From Opitutia bacterium UBA4654 (GTDB lineage Bacteria; Bacteroidota; Bacteroidia; Bacteroidales; Bacteroidaceae), in NCBI GenBank assembly GCA_963658045.1, contig CAVKOT010000001.1, positions 1 through 45,217 of the forward strand: a DNA stretch of 45,217 nucleotides. Direction: 5' to 3'. The position numbers and the translations under genes were made by a program. The notes below the pieces were generated by a model. It was not told the DNA's origin, searched no databases, and saw nothing but the letters and a program-made list of their open reading frames with translations. Of the stretch, positions 30,207 to 40,499 are shown one piece after another; positions within the stretch are counted from its first letter, which is position 1; each line of letters begins with the position of its first letter.

Positions 30207-32822
30207 TTAGGCCGTGAGCAACTCCACCAACTTATCCACAGCCTGTGTCAGTCCCTCGGCATTGCGTCCACCCGCCGTGGCGAAGTGGGGCTGTCCGCCG
30301 CCACCGCCCTGGATGAGTTTGGCAGCCTCGCGTATGCTCTTGCCCACATGCACGCCAGCGGCCACGGCCTCGTCCGATGCCGCTGCGGTGAGCAGGGGCT
30401 TGCCGTCGTTCATCGAGCCAAGCACCACGATGCTGCCCGGCAGTTCGGCACGGATCTGGAAGGCCATGTCCTTGACAAACTCGGCCGGCAGGGGCACGAT
30501 GCCCTTCACCACCTTCAGCCCGTTCACCTCCTTGGCCTGTGCGAGCAACTGCTGCTTCATCTGTGCGGCCTTGTCCTTCATCAGCCCGCTCAGCTCGCTG
30601 TGCAACTCGCTGTTCTCGGCCAGCGTCTTCTGCACGGCAGCCTTCAGGTCGGGCGCGTTGTTGAAGATGGTGCGCAACTCGGCGGCTGTGTCTATCATGC
30701 TGTAGAGCAGGTTCTCCACCTGCACGCCCGTGATGGCCTCCACACGGCGCACTCCGGCAGCCACGCTGCTCTCGCTCAGTATCTTGAACATGCCCAGGCG
30801 GCCAGTGCTGGCAGCGTGGCATCCGCCACACAGCTCCACGCTCTTGCCGAACTGCACGACGCGCACCCTGTCGCCATACTTCTCGCCGAAGAGGGCGATG
30901 GCCCCCAGTTTCCGGGCCTCCTCGATGGGCACATCGCGGTGGTCCTGCAGGGGGATGTCCTCGCGGATGCGTGCATTGACGATTTGCTCGACCTTGCGCA
31001 GTTCCTCGGGAGTCACCCTCTGGAAGTGCGAGAAGTCAAATCGGAGTCCCTCGGGAGTGACCAGCGAGCCCTTCTGCTCCACATGGTCGCCCAGCACCTC
31101 GCGCAGTGCCTGGTCCAGCAGGTGCGTGCAGGTGTGGTTGGCCTCGCTGGCGTGACGCCAGTCGGTATCGACACAGGCCATGAAGTCGGCCTTGGGATTC
31201 TGGGGAATCTGCCTGGTGATGTGCACGGGCAGGTTGTTCTCGCGCTTGGTGTCGATGACCTCGATGGTCTCACCCTCGCTCACGAGCACGCCCCGGTCGC
31301 CCACCTGTCCGCCCATCTCGGCATAGAAGGGGGTCTTGTCAAGCACTATCTGATAGAAAGTCTGCTTCTTCTGTGTCACGCGGCGATAGCGCAGGATGTG
31401 GCACTCATGCTCGGTGTAGTCCCATCCCACAAAGGTGGTCTCGCCCGGCTGCACCTCCACCCAGTCGTCATTCTCCACGGCGGCGGCGTTGCGGGCACGC
31501 TCCTTCTGCTTCTGCATCTCGGCGTTGAAGCCCTCCTCATCCACGGTGAGCCCGTTCTCGTGGCAGATGAGTTCGGTGAGGTCGAGGGGGAATCCGTAGG
31601 TGTCAAACAGGGTGAAGGCCTTCTCGCCCGAGATTACGGTGCTCCCGGCAGCCTTGGTCTCCTGCATCACACCGTCCAGGAGGCGTATGCCAGTCTCCAG
31701 TGTGCGCAGGAAACTGTCCTCCTCCTCCTTCATCACCTTCGAGATGAGTGTCTTCTGCGCCTCCAGTTCGGGATAGGTGGCACCCATCTCACGGATGAGC
31801 ACAGGCAGCAGGCGGTACATGAAGGCCTCCTTCTGTCCCAGGAACGTGTAGGCATAGCGCACGGCACGGCGCAGGATGCGGCGGATGACATATCCGGCCT
31901 TGGCATTGCTGGGCAACTGCCCGTCGGCGATGCTGAAGGCGATGGTGCGCAGGTGGTCGGCCACCACGCGCATGGCCACGTCGGTCTCCTCCTTCTCGCC
32001 ATAGCGGTAGCCGCTCATGTCGCTGATGGCCTGGATGATGGGCTGGAACACATCGGTGTCATAGTTGGAGTGCTTGCCCTGGATGACGCGCACCAGTCGC
32101 TCGAAGCCCATGCCCGTGTCGATGACGTTCATCGAGAGGGGCTCCAGATGGCCGTCGGCCTTGCGCTCATACTGCATGAAGACGATGTTCCATATCTCGA
32201 TGACCTGTGGGTCGTCCTTGTTCACCAGGTCGCGGCCGGGGATGCCCTTGCGCTCCTCGGGCAGGCGGTTGTCGATGTGTATCTCCGAGCAGGGGCCACA
32301 TGGGCCCGTGTCGCCCATCTCCCAGAAGTTGTCGTGCTTGTTGCCATTGATGATGTGGTCAGCCGGCACATGCTTGAGCCAGTAGCGGGCGGCCTCGTCG
32401 TCACGCTCCAGTCCCTCCTCCTTGCTGCCCTCGAACACGGTCACATACAGGTCGTCGGGATTCATCTTGAGCACGTCCACCAGATACTCCCAGGCCATGT
32501 CGATGGCCCCTTCCTTGAAGTAGTCGCCGAATGACCAGTTACCCAGCATCTCAAACATGGTGTGGTGATAGGTGTCATGTCCCACCTCCTCCAGGTCATT
32601 GTGCTTTCCGCTCACGCGCAGGCACTTTTGGCTGTCGGCACGCCGGCGGGGCTCAGGGCTGCGTGTGCCCAGTATGATGTCCTTCCACTGGTTCATGCCT
32701 GCGTTGGTGAACATCAGTGTGGGGTCGTCCTTGATAACCATAGGGGCAGAGGGCACTATGGTGTGCCCCTTGGACTCGAAGTATTTCAGAAACGAGTCAC
32801 GTATTTCGTTTGCTGTCATCAT
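30207..32822 (-). CDS. alaS: Alanine--tRNA ligase
   Basis: 871 aa. The N-terminus [35 protein letters not shown], the editing-domain HxxxH/CGG motifs (HTCTHLL ... CGGCHA) and the C-terminal DHHA1 GGGG motif are all present. Confidence 0.97.
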   Translation of the reverse strand: MMTANEIRDSFLKYFESKGHTIVPSAPMVIKDDPTLMFTNAGMNQWKDIILGTRSPEPRRRADSQKCLRVSGKHNDLEEVGHDTYHHTMFEMLGNWSFGDYFKEGAIDMAWEYLVDVLKMNPDDLYVTVFEGSKEEGLERDDEAARYWLKHVPADHIINGNKHDNFWEMGDTGPCGPCSEIHIDNRLPEERKGIPGRDLVNKDDPQVIEIWNIVFMQYERKADGHLEPLSMNVIDTGMGFERLVRVIQGKHSNYDTDVFQPIIQAISDMSGYRYGEKEETDVAMRVVADHLRTIAFSIADGQLPSNAKAGYVIRRILRRAVRYAYTFLGQKEAFMYRLLPVLIREMGATYPELEAQKTLISKVMKEEEDSFLRTLETGIRLLDGVMQETKAAGSTVISGEKAFTLFDTYGFPLDLTELICHENGLTVDEEGFNAEMQKQKERARNAAAVENDDWVEVQPGETTFVGWDYTEHECHILRYRRVTQKKQTFYQIVLDKTPFYAEMGGQVGDRGVLVSEGETIEVIDTKRENNLPVHITRQIPQNPKADFMACVDTDWRHASEANHTCTHLLDQALREVLGDHVEQKGSLVTPEGLRFDFSHFQRVTPEELRKVEQIVNARIREDIPLQDHRDVPIEEARKLGAIALFGEKYGDRVRVVQFGKSVELCGGCHAASTGRLGMFKILSESSVAAGVRRVEAITGVQVENLLYSMIDTAAELRTIFNNAPDLKAAVQKTLAENSELHSELSGLMKDKAAQMKQQLLAQAKEVNGLKVVKGIVPLPAEFVKDMAFQIRAELPGSIVVLGSMNDGKPLLTAAASDEAVAAGVHVGKSIREAAKLIQGGGGGQPHFATAGGRNAEGLTQAVDKLVELLTA

Positions 32823-32862
32823 GAATATTGTTTATTCGGATAATCTCTGTGAAAAACAGTTG

Positions 32863-32870
32863 CAAAGGTA
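32863..32870 (-). promoter_or_regulatory. Bacteroidota -7 promoter box (TACCTTTG on the minus strand) for alaS
   Basis: The plus strand reads CAAAGGTA, 41-48 nt upstream of the alaS ATG. Confidence 0.5.
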
Positions 32871-32882
32871 ATTTGTTTTGCG

Positions 32883-32890
32883 TATTTTTG
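32883..32890 (+). promoter_or_regulatory. Bacteroidota -7 promoter box (TATTTTTG) for the MerR-family gene
   Basis: TAnnTTTG match 40 nt upstream of the ATG at 32930. It is divergent from the alaS promoter. Confidence 0.45.
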
Positions 32891-32929
32891 CAAAGGATTT
32901 CAGATATAAAAAGGGCTTCCCCACCGATT

Positions 32930-33274
32930 ATGGCACTCAACAAAGTCAAGGATCTCAAGAAGTACTTCTCCATCAACGAGGTGGCGACGCAATTTGGCGT
33001 GGCCGAGTCTGTGCTGAGATTTTGGGAGAAGGAGTTCCCCAACATACGTCCGCGCAAGACACAGCGCAACGTGAGACAATACACACGCGAGGACATCGAG
33101 GAGGTGCGCACGGTATATACCCTGCTGAAGGTGCGCGGCATGAAGATTGCGGCCGCACGCGAAATGCTGGCGAAGAACAAGAAGGGGGCCTCGGACATGG
33201 CCACAGTGCTGAACAAACTGGAATCCATCAAGGCGGAACTGCTGGACATCAGCCGGGAACTGGCCGAACTGTAG
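32930..33274 (+). CDS. MerR-family transcriptional regulator
   Basis: The start is chosen at MALNKVKDLKKYFSINEVATQFGVAESVLRFWEKEF (MerR HTH). It is 114 aa with a coiled-coil C-terminus. Confidence 0.8.
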   Translation: MALNKVKDLKKYFSINEVATQFGVAESVLRFWEKEFPNIRPRKTQRNVRQYTREDIEEVRTVYTLLKVRGMKIAAAREMLAKNKKGASDMATVLNKLESIKAELLDISRELAEL

Positions 33275-33445
33275 GAGTCCCGTCCTGCCTCACCAAGATG
33301 GGAGATGAATTGCGGGCCCAAGCCTCATCACACCAAGAAAGCACTACCGCGCCATCCACCACAAAAAAGCACAAGGAAAAGACGGGAATTTCTTTCCCCT
33401 TAGGGGAGATGGGGAGGGGGCTTGTCCCTGCCTCTCCCCTACCCC

Positions 33446-35695
33446 TCAGAAGCGCACCACATCCTCTATCTCGGGGATGCGCTTGAGGTCGCGGCAGATG
33501 TCCTGCACGTCACTCACGTCATGCACACCCAGGCGTATCTCGCACTCGAAGATGCCGTCATGCGTATCTACATTCAGGTGCTGGATGTTGACATTGAGCT
33601 GTTGTGAGAGCACGCCAGTTATCTGGTGCAGCACGCCCACGTGGTCGATGCCGTTGACATGGATGGTCGCGGGGAAGAAGAGTTTCTTGTGCGTGTCCCA
33701 GGTGGCCGCCAGGATGTGGTTACCGTCACTGGCCTTGAGCTTGGCGGCTATCTCACACTGCCGCTTGTGGATGGTGATGTTGGTCTTCCCGTCGAAATAT
33801 CCCAGCACATCGTCACCGGGGATGGGATGGCAATGGTTGCAGATGGTATAGCGTCCGATGGTCTCCTCGTTGAGTATCAGTGGCTTCTTCTTGTCGATGA
33901 CCAGCGGCACGGGCTCCTCCTGCGGCTTGGGAGCGGCCGCGTTGTCATGGTGGCGCATGAAGAAGTTCAAGTACCTGCTCCAGCCCGTCCGGTCAGGATT
34001 CTTGCCATGCAGGACGGCCACATCGGCATCGCCCAGTGCAACGAGTCCCCCTCCCAGTGCCGAGAAGAAGTCGTCACGGGTGGAGAAGTTGTGGAAACTG
34101 CGCAACTTGTCGATGTTGACACTGCTGGCCTCCAGGTCACGCTCACGCAGGAACTCGCCCAGTGCCTCCTCGCCCTGCTTCTGCTTCTCACGCTCCTCGC
34201 GGCGCAGCACAGCCTGTATCTTCCCCTTGGCCTTGGCCGTGGTGACGAAATCCATCCACTCGCGTGCCACCTTCTGGCTCTTCGAGGTGAGTATCTCCAC
34301 CTGGTCACCACTCTGCAGCACATAGCTGATGGGCTCCAGTTTGTGGTTGACCTTGGCCCCGATGCAGTGTGTGCCCAGGAACGTATGTATGGTGAAGGCA
34401 AAGTCCAGCACGGTGCTGTCGGCCGGCATTGTCTTAAAGTCGCCCTTGGGAGTGACCACAAATATCTCGCTCGCGTAGAGGTTGAGCTTGATGGTGTCCA
34501 GGAAGTCGATGGCGTTAGGCTGGGGGTCGTCCAGTATCTCCTTGATGGTCTGCAGCCACTTGTCCAGTTCGTTCTCACTGTCCTCTGAGGTCTTGCTGCC
34601 CTCCTTGTACTTCCAGTGGGCAGCGAATCCCTGTTCGGCCATCTCGTCCATGCGCTGGCTGCGTATCTGCACCTCGATCCACTGCCCCGTGTGACTCATC
34701 AGCGTGGTGTGCAGAGCCTGGTAGCCATTGGCCTTGGGATGGGAGAGCCAGTCGCGGAAACGCTCTGGGTGGGGCTTGTAGATGCTGCTGGCGATGGCAT
34801 ATATCTGGAAGCACTCGGCTATCTCATCCTGCACGCCGTCGTTCTGGAACACGATGCGCACGGCCAATATGTCATATATCTCGTCAAAGGTGATGTGCTT
34901 GTTCTGCATCTTCATCCAGATGCTGTAGGGCGACTTGATGCGTGCCTTGATCTCATATTTAAGCCCCGTGGCATCGAGACGCTCCCTGATGGGAGCCGTA
35001 AACTGGTCAAAGATGGTGGTCAGATGCCCCTGCATGTCGGCCAGTTTCTGCTTGATGTCGCGGTACTCCTCGGGATGCTCATACTTAAAACTGAGATCCT
35101 CCAGTTCCTCCTTTATCTTGTTCAGGCCAAGGCGGTTGGCCAGCGGGGCATAGATATAGAGTGTCTCGCCCGCTATCTTGTACTGCTTGTTGGGCAGTTG
35201 GCTGCCCAGCGTGCGCATGTTGTGCAGGCGGTCTGATATCTTGATGAGTATCACACGTATGTCGTCACTCATCGTGAGCAGCAGTTTCTTGAAGGACTCT
35301 GCCTGTGCCGAAGCCTTGTCGCCGAAGATGCCACCCGAGATCTTGGTCAGTCCGTCCGTAATCTGTGCTATCTTGGGACCGAAGATGTTCTCGATGTCCT
35401 CCACGGTGTAGTCCGTGTCCTCCACCACATCATGGAGCAGCGCGGCACAGATGCTCGTGCTGCCCAGCCCTATCTCCTCGCAGGCAATCTGCGCCACGGC
35501 GATGGGGTGCATGATGTAGGGCTCGCCCGAGAGGCGGCGCACCCCCTTGTGGGCCTGCCGTGCGAAGTTGAAGGCCTTCTCGATAATGTCCGTATGCTTG
35601 CGGTGCCGCGACTGCAGGTAGGTGTCGATGAGGTGCTTGTAGGCCGCCTCCACCATGCGTGCGTCTTCCTGTTCTCTGCTTGTCATCTGCTCCAT
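33446..35695 (-). CDS. spoT: Bifunctional (p)ppGpp synthetase/hydrolase, RelA/SpoT family
   Basis: 749 aa. It has the HD hydrolase motif (HDVVEDT), the synthetase domain (YKPHPERFRDWLSHPKANGYQALHT), a TGS domain and a C-terminal ACT domain. Confidence 0.93.
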   Translation of the reverse strand: MEQMTSREQEDARMVEAAYKHLIDTYLQSRHRKHTDIIEKAFNFARQAHKGVRRLSGEPYIMHPIAVAQIACEEIGLGSTSICAALLHDVVEDTDYTVEDIENIFGPKIAQITDGLTKISGGIFGDKASAQAESFKKLLLTMSDDIRVILIKISDRLHNMRTLGSQLPNKQYKIAGETLYIYAPLANRLGLNKIKEELEDLSFKYEHPEEYRDIKQKLADMQGHLTTIFDQFTAPIRERLDATGLKYEIKARIKSPYSIWMKMQNKHITFDEIYDILAVRIVFQNDGVQDEIAECFQIYAIASSIYKPHPERFRDWLSHPKANGYQALHTTLMSHTGQWIEVQIRSQRMDEMAEQGFAAHWKYKEGSKTSEDSENELDKWLQTIKEILDDPQPNAIDFLDTIKLNLYASEIFVVTPKGDFKTMPADSTVLDFAFTIHTFLGTHCIGAKVNHKLEPISYVLQSGDQVEILTSKSQKVAREWMDFVTTAKAKGKIQAVLRREEREKQKQGEEALGEFLRERDLEASSVNIDKLRSFHNFSTRDDFFSALGGGLVALGDADVAVLHGKNPDRTGWSRYLNFFMRHHDNAAAPKPQEEPVPLVIDKKKPLILNEETIGRYTICNHCHPIPGDDVLGYFDGKTNITIHKRQCEIAAKLKASDGNHILAATWDTHKKLFFPATIHVNGIDHVGVLHQITGVLSQQLNVNIQHLNVDTHDGIFECEIRLGVHDVSDVQDICRDLKRIPEIEDVVRF

Positions 35696-35730
35696 AACTT
35701 CCGCCTTTAGAGGTTCTGTATATTATGGTA

Positions 35731-35755
35731 GTGCGCGCATGTGCGCGCACCTTTT
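35731..35755. other. GC-rich 8-bp hairpin (GTGCGCGC-ATGT-GCGCGCAC) followed by CTTTT on the plus strand
   Basis: It lies between the mltD-like stop and the relA/spoT start, both on the minus strand. The U-tract is on the wrong strand for those genes, so it is either an imperfect terminator or an operator-like palindrome. Confidence 0.3.
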
Positions 35756-35785
35756 ATGATTCTGTCACTCACTGCGCGGTGCGCC

Positions 35786-37066
35786 TCACTTGACCCTGAT
35801 GCGCTGTCCGGGCTTGATGCGCGTGCTGCGCATGCCGTTGAGCCGCTTGATCTTGTCAACCGTGGTATGGTTTCTCTTGGCTATGGCACCCAGCGTGTCA
35901 CCCCTGCGCACCTTCACGGTCTGTGTCCTGGCCTGGCGCGTGGCACGCGGCTTGGGCTCAGGCACAGCCACCTCCACAACGTTCTTCACCTCCTCAGGCT
36001 GCGCATAGATGCTGTCTCCGGCCTCGATGAAGGCGTTCACCTTGTCACCCGGCATGCGCAGGATGCAGGGGCTCGCCTCGCCCGGTATCAGACTGGTGCG
36101 GTACTGGGGGTTGAGTGCCTTGAGCTCGTCATGCCCGATGCCGCACGCCTGCTCGATGCGCTCCATGCGCACGTTGCGTGTCACGACCAGGGTGTCAGTG
36201 GCCTGCGGCAGCGTGGTGTTCACGGGGCAGATGTTGTGGTCGCAGTAATAGTTCATGATGTAATTGGCTGCGATGAAGGCCGGCACGTAGCCCTGTGTCT
36301 CGCGTGGCAGGTAAGAATAGATGCTCCAGTAGTCCTTCACTCCGCCCGCACGCTTGATGGCCTTGCTCACATTGTTGGGCCCGCAGTTGTAACTGGCTAT
36401 CACGAGTGTCCAGTCACCGAAGATGTCATACAGGTCCTTGAGGTAGCGGGCGGCCGCGTAACTGGCCTTCACCGGGTCGCGACGCTCATCGACCAGGCTG
36501 GTCACCTCCAGCCCATACTGCTTGCCAGTGGTCACCATGAACTGCCAGAGGCCTGCGGCCCCCACGCGACTCGTGGCACCGGGGTTGAGCGCGCTCTCGA
36601 TCACTGGCAGGTATTTCAGTTCGAGCGGCACCTGGTAACTCTCCAGCGCGTCCTCAAAGATGGGTGCATAGAAGTTGAGAGCCCCCAGCATCACGCTCAC
36701 CGAGCGGCGCAGGCGGCCTCCGTACTGGTCAATGTACTTCCTCACGACGTCATTATAGGGCATGGCCACCACATTGGGCAGGCGGCGCAGGCGCGACTGG
36801 TAAATCTCGGGAGTGTAGGTCACCACCTCGCCCGTAGTGTGGCAATCCTCGTCAAACGACAGGTTGTTGCGCACAGCCCAGCTCTGCAGCAGGCTGTCCA
36901 TCTCCTGGGTCTGCATGCCCTCGGGCAGCACCAGCGAGTCATCATCCCCGGTGGCGGTGCTGTCTGTGGCCGCCTCCTGGGCATGGGCCTGCGCGTTGCA
37001 GGCCATCAGAAAGGTCGCCGCGAGAGCGGCCCTGTGCAATATGCTTCTTATTCGTCTCATTGTCAT
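35786..37066 (-). CDS. mltD: Lytic murein transglycosylase (SLT domain) with a C-terminal LysM domain, MltD-like
   Basis: 426 aa with a signal peptide. The SLT motifs are ESALNP...AGLWQFM...Y. The LysM domain is VKVRRGDTLGAIAKRNHTTVDKIKRLNGM...IKPGQRIRV. Confidence 0.85.
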   Translation of the reverse strand: MTMRRIRSILHRAALAATFLMACNAQAHAQEAATDSTATGDDDSLVLPEGMQTQEMDSLLQSWAVRNNLSFDEDCHTTGEVVTYTPEIYQSRLRRLPNVVAMPYNDVVRKYIDQYGGRLRRSVSVMLGALNFYAPIFEDALESYQVPLELKYLPVIESALNPGATSRVGAAGLWQFMVTTGKQYGLEVTSLVDERRDPVKASYAAARYLKDLYDIFGDWTLVIASYNCGPNNVSKAIKRAGGVKDYWSIYSYLPRETQGYVPAFIAANYIMNYYCDHNICPVNTTLPQATDTLVVTRNVRMERIEQACGIGHDELKALNPQYRTSLIPGEASPCILRMPGDKVNAFIEAGDSIYAQPEEVKNVVEVAVPEPKPRATRQARTQTVKVRRGDTLGAIAKRNHTTVDKIKRLNGMRSTRIKPGQRIRVK

Positions 37067-37077
37067 TCCTTTGTCCT

Positions 37078-37815
37078 TTAGAAGTTCAGACTGACACTCA
37101 GTGCAGGCACGCGCTGCCTGCCACGCCCCTCCATGAGGTAAGTGTCCATCACCCCTGGCTCGAGATGCAGGCTGAGGTCCTCGCTGATGTCAAACGAGGA
37201 GAGTTCCGCATCCACATAGGCATCCACCACCGAGAGCAGATACACACCCGCGAAGGCGAATATGCTCATGTCCCTGAAGCGGCGGAAGTGGTTCTTCTTG
37301 TTCTTGAAAATCTCCTTGAAGCGGTCTTCCTTGCCCGTGATGTCATATCCCATGGGGAGCATCTTCTCGTAACTCTTGGTGTTTGGGTCGCTGTCCATGA
37401 TGTCAAGATAGGCCTGCGAGTAGTCCTTCAGCATCTGGTTGTTCCAGGTGAGGGCGTATGCGCAGCCCAGGTATCCGCCATAGATGATGGGCAACTTCCA
37501 GTACTTGCGGTTGTAGATCTGCCCCCCGCCGGGAAACACCAGGGCAAGCCACATGGCACGGATGGGGTCGGGCCTGAACTGTGCAGGCTTTCCGTGGGCC
37601 AGGGCCTTGCGCATCAGGCTGTCGGTCACGGCAGCCATGGCGGCGGTGTCAAGGGGCAGCCCCTCGGCAGCGGCAGCCTGGCCCAGGGTGTCGGCAGCAG
37701 CGGCCACGCTGTCCTGCCTCGCCTGGGCATGCAGCGCGGCGGCCACGCTCCAGCAGATGATGGCCAGCCACACGGCCAGCCTCCTGCTCCCGGATATGTG
37801 CCCGTGCCGTGTCAA
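37078..37815 (-). CDS. DUF5683 domain-containing membrane protein (start uncertain; the ORF opens with TTG overlapping the parB stop)
   Basis: 245 aa. ALVFPGGGQIYNRKYWKLPIIYGGY is typical of DUF5683 as I recall it. This is the conserved position downstream of parB in Bacteroidales. Confidence 0.7.
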   Translation of the reverse strand: MTRHGHISGSRRLAVWLAIICWSVAAALHAQARQDSVAAAADTLGQAAAAEGLPLDTAAMAAVTDSLMRKALAHGKPAQFRPDPIRAMWLALVFPGGGQIYNRKYWKLPIIYGGYLGCAYALTWNNQMLKDYSQAYLDIMDSDPNTKSYEKMLPMGYDITGKEDRFKEIFKNKKNHFRRFRDMSIFAFAGVYLLSVVDAYVDAELSSFDISEDLSLHLEPGVMDTYLMEGRGRQRVPALSVSLNF

Positions 37816-38714
37816 CTCTTCAGTCGGTCAAATATCTCCATGATGCGCTCCAGTTCGGCCTCGTTGGCAAAGGGGATGCTTATCTTCCCCCGGCCCTTCT
37901 CGGAGCAGGTCATCTGCACCTTCGTGCGGAAGAAGGTGCTCAGGCTGTCACGCAGGACATTGTACTCGGTGCTCAGCGTGGAGCCCTTCTGACGGATGCG
38001 TTTCCCGTCCTTCGACTTCACGGTCCCGCCTGCCGAGAGTTCCTTGACCATCTCCTCCACGCGGCGCACGCTCAGTCCGTGGGCCACCATCTCCTCGAAG
38101 ACGTGCAGCTGAGCCTTGGGGTCATCCAGCGCCAGCAGGGCGCGCGCGTGTCCCATGTCAATCTGCCGTTCCTTGAGAGCCACCTGTATGATGGCGGGCA
38201 ACTTGAGCAGGCGCAGGTAGTTGGTCACCGTGGCGCGGTTCTTGCCCACCTTCTCGCTCAGTTGCTCCTGCGTGAGTCCATACTGCTCTATCAGATGCTG
38301 GTAGGCCAGCGCCACCTCCATGGCCGTGAGGTCCTGCCGCTGGATGTTCTCCACGAGTGCCATCTCCATCATGTTCTCGTCATCCACCGTGCGGATATAG
38401 GCAGGCACACGCGTGAGCCCCGCCATCTGGCAGGCCCTCCACCTGCGCTCTCCCGCGATGATGGTGTAGAATCCGTCGCCCGTGTCACGCAGCGTGATGG
38501 GCTGCACGATGCCTATCTGCGCGATGCTGTCGGCCAGTTCGCGCAGGCTCTCCTCGTTGAATTCCCGGCGTGGCTGGTCGGGATTGGGCCTGATGAGCAT
38601 CACATCGACCTCGCCTATGCTCGACGATCCGCCAGTGCTCACCTCGCTGTTGTCCAGCAGGGCGTCCAGGCCACGGCCCAGCGCAGGGCCGCCATATTTC
38701 TTACGTATAGTCAT
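37812..38714 (-). CDS. parB: Chromosome partitioning protein ParB
   Basis: 300 aa. The ParB box GLDALL, IRPNPDQPRREF, the GERRWRA arginine patch and the HTH are present. Confidence 0.93.
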   Translation of the reverse strand: MTIRKKYGGPALGRGLDALLDNSEVSTGGSSSIGEVDVMLIRPNPDQPRREFNEESLRELADSIAQIGIVQPITLRDTGDGFYTIIAGERRWRACQMAGLTRVPAYIRTVDDENMMEMALVENIQRQDLTAMEVALAYQHLIEQYGLTQEQLSEKVGKNRATVTNYLRLLKLPAIIQVALKERQIDMGHARALLALDDPKAQLHVFEEMVAHGLSVRRVEEMVKELSAGGTVKSKDGKRIRQKGSTLSTEYNVLRDSLSTFFRTKVQMTCSEKGRGKISIPFANEAELERIMEIFDRLKS

Positions 38715-38726
38715 GTGTGTCGCTTT

Positions 38727-39494
38727 TTAAGACTCGTTCTTGCTGATAACCTCCTCGGCCAGGCTCACATAGGCCTTCGCCCCGGCCGAGTCGGCGTCAT
38801 ACAGGATGGCGGGCATGCCATGTCCAGGGGCCTCGCTCAGCTTCACGTTGCGCTGTATCACGGTCTGGAACACCAGGTCGCGGAAGTGCCGGCGCACCTC
38901 GTCCCGCACCTGGTTGGCCAGGCGCAGGCGGCCGTCATACATGGTCAGCAGGAAACCCTCGATCTCCAGTTCATGGTTCAGTCGTGACTTCACAATCTTG
39001 ATTGTGTTGAGCAGTTGGCTGATACCCTCCAGGGCGAAGTACTCGCACTGCACGGGTATGATCACGCTCTGGGCCGCCGTGAGGGCGTTGACCGTGATGA
39101 GCCCCAGGCTGGGGCTGCAGTCGATGAGGATGTAGTCATAGTCCTGGCGTATGTCGGCCAGCAGCCGCTTGAGCACGGTCTCGCGCGAGCGCATCTTGAG
39201 CATCTCGATCTCCGCACCCACCAGGTCCACGTGTGAGGGGATAATGTCCAGCCCCTCGATGTCGGTCGTGTAGATGGTCTCGCGTATGGACATCTGCCCC
39301 GTCAAGGCGTTGTAGATGGTGCTGTCCACCTGCTTACTATCGACCCCCAGCCCGCTGGAGGCATTGGCCTGCGGGTCGGCGTCTATCAGCAAGACCTTCT
39401 TCTCCATGGTGGCCAGCGATGCGGCCAGGTTCATGCTGGTGGTGGTCTTACCCACTCCACCCTTCTGATTGGCTACTGCAATAATCTTGCTCAT
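38727..39494 (-). CDS. parA: Chromosome partitioning ATPase ParA/Soj
   Basis: 255 aa with the deviant Walker A, KGGVGKTT. It is directly upstream of parB. Confidence 0.95.
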   Translation of the reverse strand: MSKIIAVANQKGGVGKTTTSMNLAASLATMEKKVLLIDADPQANASSGLGVDSKQVDSTIYNALTGQMSIRETIYTTDIEGLDIIPSHVDLVGAEIEMLKMRSRETVLKRLLADIRQDYDYILIDCSPSLGLITVNALTAAQSVIIPVQCEYFALEGISQLLNTIKIVKSRLNHELEIEGFLLTMYDGRLRLANQVRDEVRRHFRDLVFQTVIQRNVKLSEAPGHGMPAILYDADSAGAKAYVSLAEEVISKNES

Positions 39495-39528
39495 TCGGTA
39501 TGTCCCTGTTTATGTTGTTTCACGGGTG

Positions 39529-39536
39529 CAAAGTTA
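39529..39536 (-). promoter_or_regulatory. Bacteroidota -7 promoter box (TAACTTTG on the minus strand) for parAB
   Basis: The plus strand reads CAAAGTTA, 35-42 nt upstream of the parA ATG. Confidence 0.5.
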
Positions 39537-39586
39537 TGCCATTTGGGGCGAATATGTCCCAGGCAGGGGGACAGAATGCAGAAAGT

Positions 39587-39615
39587 TGTGGATAACTCCC
39601 CCCTTTTGTGGATAA
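39587..39615 (-). promoter_or_regulatory. Two perfect DnaA boxes (TTATCCACA on the minus strand) in direct orientation, 20 bp apart
   Basis: TGTGGATAA occurs at 39587-39595 and 39607-39615. Each is part of a 16-nt direct repeat, TTGTGGATAACTCCCC, in the parA/surE divergent intergenic region. Confidence 0.55.
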
Positions 39616-39707
39616 CTCCCCGCCACGCCAGCCGTGTCCGGCACATCCATTTGCCGTGCGAAGATAAGATTTTCTTTCCATTCCTCAGACACCTTGCCCG
39701 AATTTCG

Positions 39708-39715
39708 TACCTTTG
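39708..39715 (+). promoter_or_regulatory. Bacteroidota -7 promoter box (TACCTTTG) for surE-lpxB
   Basis: TAnnTTTG match 23 nt upstream of the ATG at 39738. Confidence 0.5.
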
Positions 39716-39737
39716 CACAGCAAAAAACGCTGGAATT

Positions 39738-40499
39738 ATGGCAGAAAGACCACTCATACTCATCTCCAACGACGATGGTGCCGAGGCACAGGGCATCGGC
39801 GTGCTCACGTCCCTGCTGCTCCCCCTGGGCGACGTCGTGGTCGTGGCTCCCGACGGACCACGCTCCGGCTCGGCCTGCTCCATCACCGTGACCGCACCCG
39901 TGGGCCTGACCCTGCTGGAGCGCACCGCAGGGCTCACACGGTGGACATGCAGCGGCACACCCACCGACTGTGTGAAGCTGGCCCTGGAGCATGTGGTGGA
40001 GCGCAGGCCCGCACTCATGGTGTCGGGCATCAACCACGGCGACAACGCCTCGGTCAACGTGCACTACAGCGGCACGATGGGGGCGGTGCTGGAGGGGTGC
40101 ATGAAGGGACTGCCCGCCATAGGATTTAGCCTGCGCACCCGCGACAGGGAGTGTGACTTCACCCCCTATGGGGCCGCCATCGTGCGCATCGCGCGCCATG
40201 TGCTGGAGAGCGGACTGCCACAGGACACCTGCCTCAACGTCAACTTCCCCCAGGTGGAGCGGCTGCGCGGACTGCGCGTGTGCCGCATGGCACGGGGCAA
40301 GTGGGGCGAGGAGTGGCAGCCGGCAAGCGAGCCGGGCACCTTCAGGCTCACGGGACAGTACACCTGCCTTGAGCCCGAGGCCACCGACACCGACTGGTGG
40401 GCACTCAACCACGCGATGGGGGCCGTGGTGCCCCTGCGCACCGACATGACCGACAGTGGCTGCATGGCGGCCCTGAAAACTCTGGAAGAACAATCATGA
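39738..40499 (+). CDS. surE: 5'/3'-nucleotidase SurE
   Basis: The start is chosen at MAERPLILISNDDGAEAQGI (SurE N-terminal DDG motif). GINHGDN is also present. Confidence 0.93.
   Translation: MAERPLILISNDDGAEAQGIGVLTSLLLPLGDVVVVAPDGPRSGSACSITVTAPVGLTLLERTAGLTRWTCSGTPTDCVKLALEHVVERRPALMVSGINHGDNASVNVHYSGTMGAVLEGCMKGLPAIGFSLRTRDRECDFTPYGAAIVRIARHVLESGLPQDTCLNVNFPQVERLRGLRVCRMARGKWGEEWQPASEPGTFRLTGQYTCLEPEATDTDWWALNHAMGAVVPLRTDMTDSGCMAALKTLEEQS

Noticed and set aside
30231-30239. A perfect DnaA-box match (TTATCCACA) on the plus strand.
   Set aside because: It is a single occurrence inside the alaS coding region with no neighbouring boxes, which is consistent with chance.
30027-32534. 835-aa ORF on the plus strand, the second-longest ORF in that part of the track.
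   Set aside because: It lies entirely antisense to alaS, whose identity is unambiguous. The translation is a low-complexity Leu/His/Gly/Ala/Val string with no motifs, and it starts inside the three-arm terminator. It is a typical shadow ORF of a GC-rich gene.
33626-35236. Plus-strand ORFs 33626-34588 (320 aa) and 34616-35236 (206 aa).
   Set aside because: They are antisense to the RelA/SpoT gene, which is intact along its full length.
35741-38987. Long plus-strand ORFs 35741-37081 (446 aa), 37060-37992 (310 aa) and 37809-38987 (392 aa).
   Set aside because: They are antisense to the clearly identifiable mltD-like, DUF5683 and parB/parA genes. Their composition is Leu/His/Gly/Val-rich with no recognisable domains.
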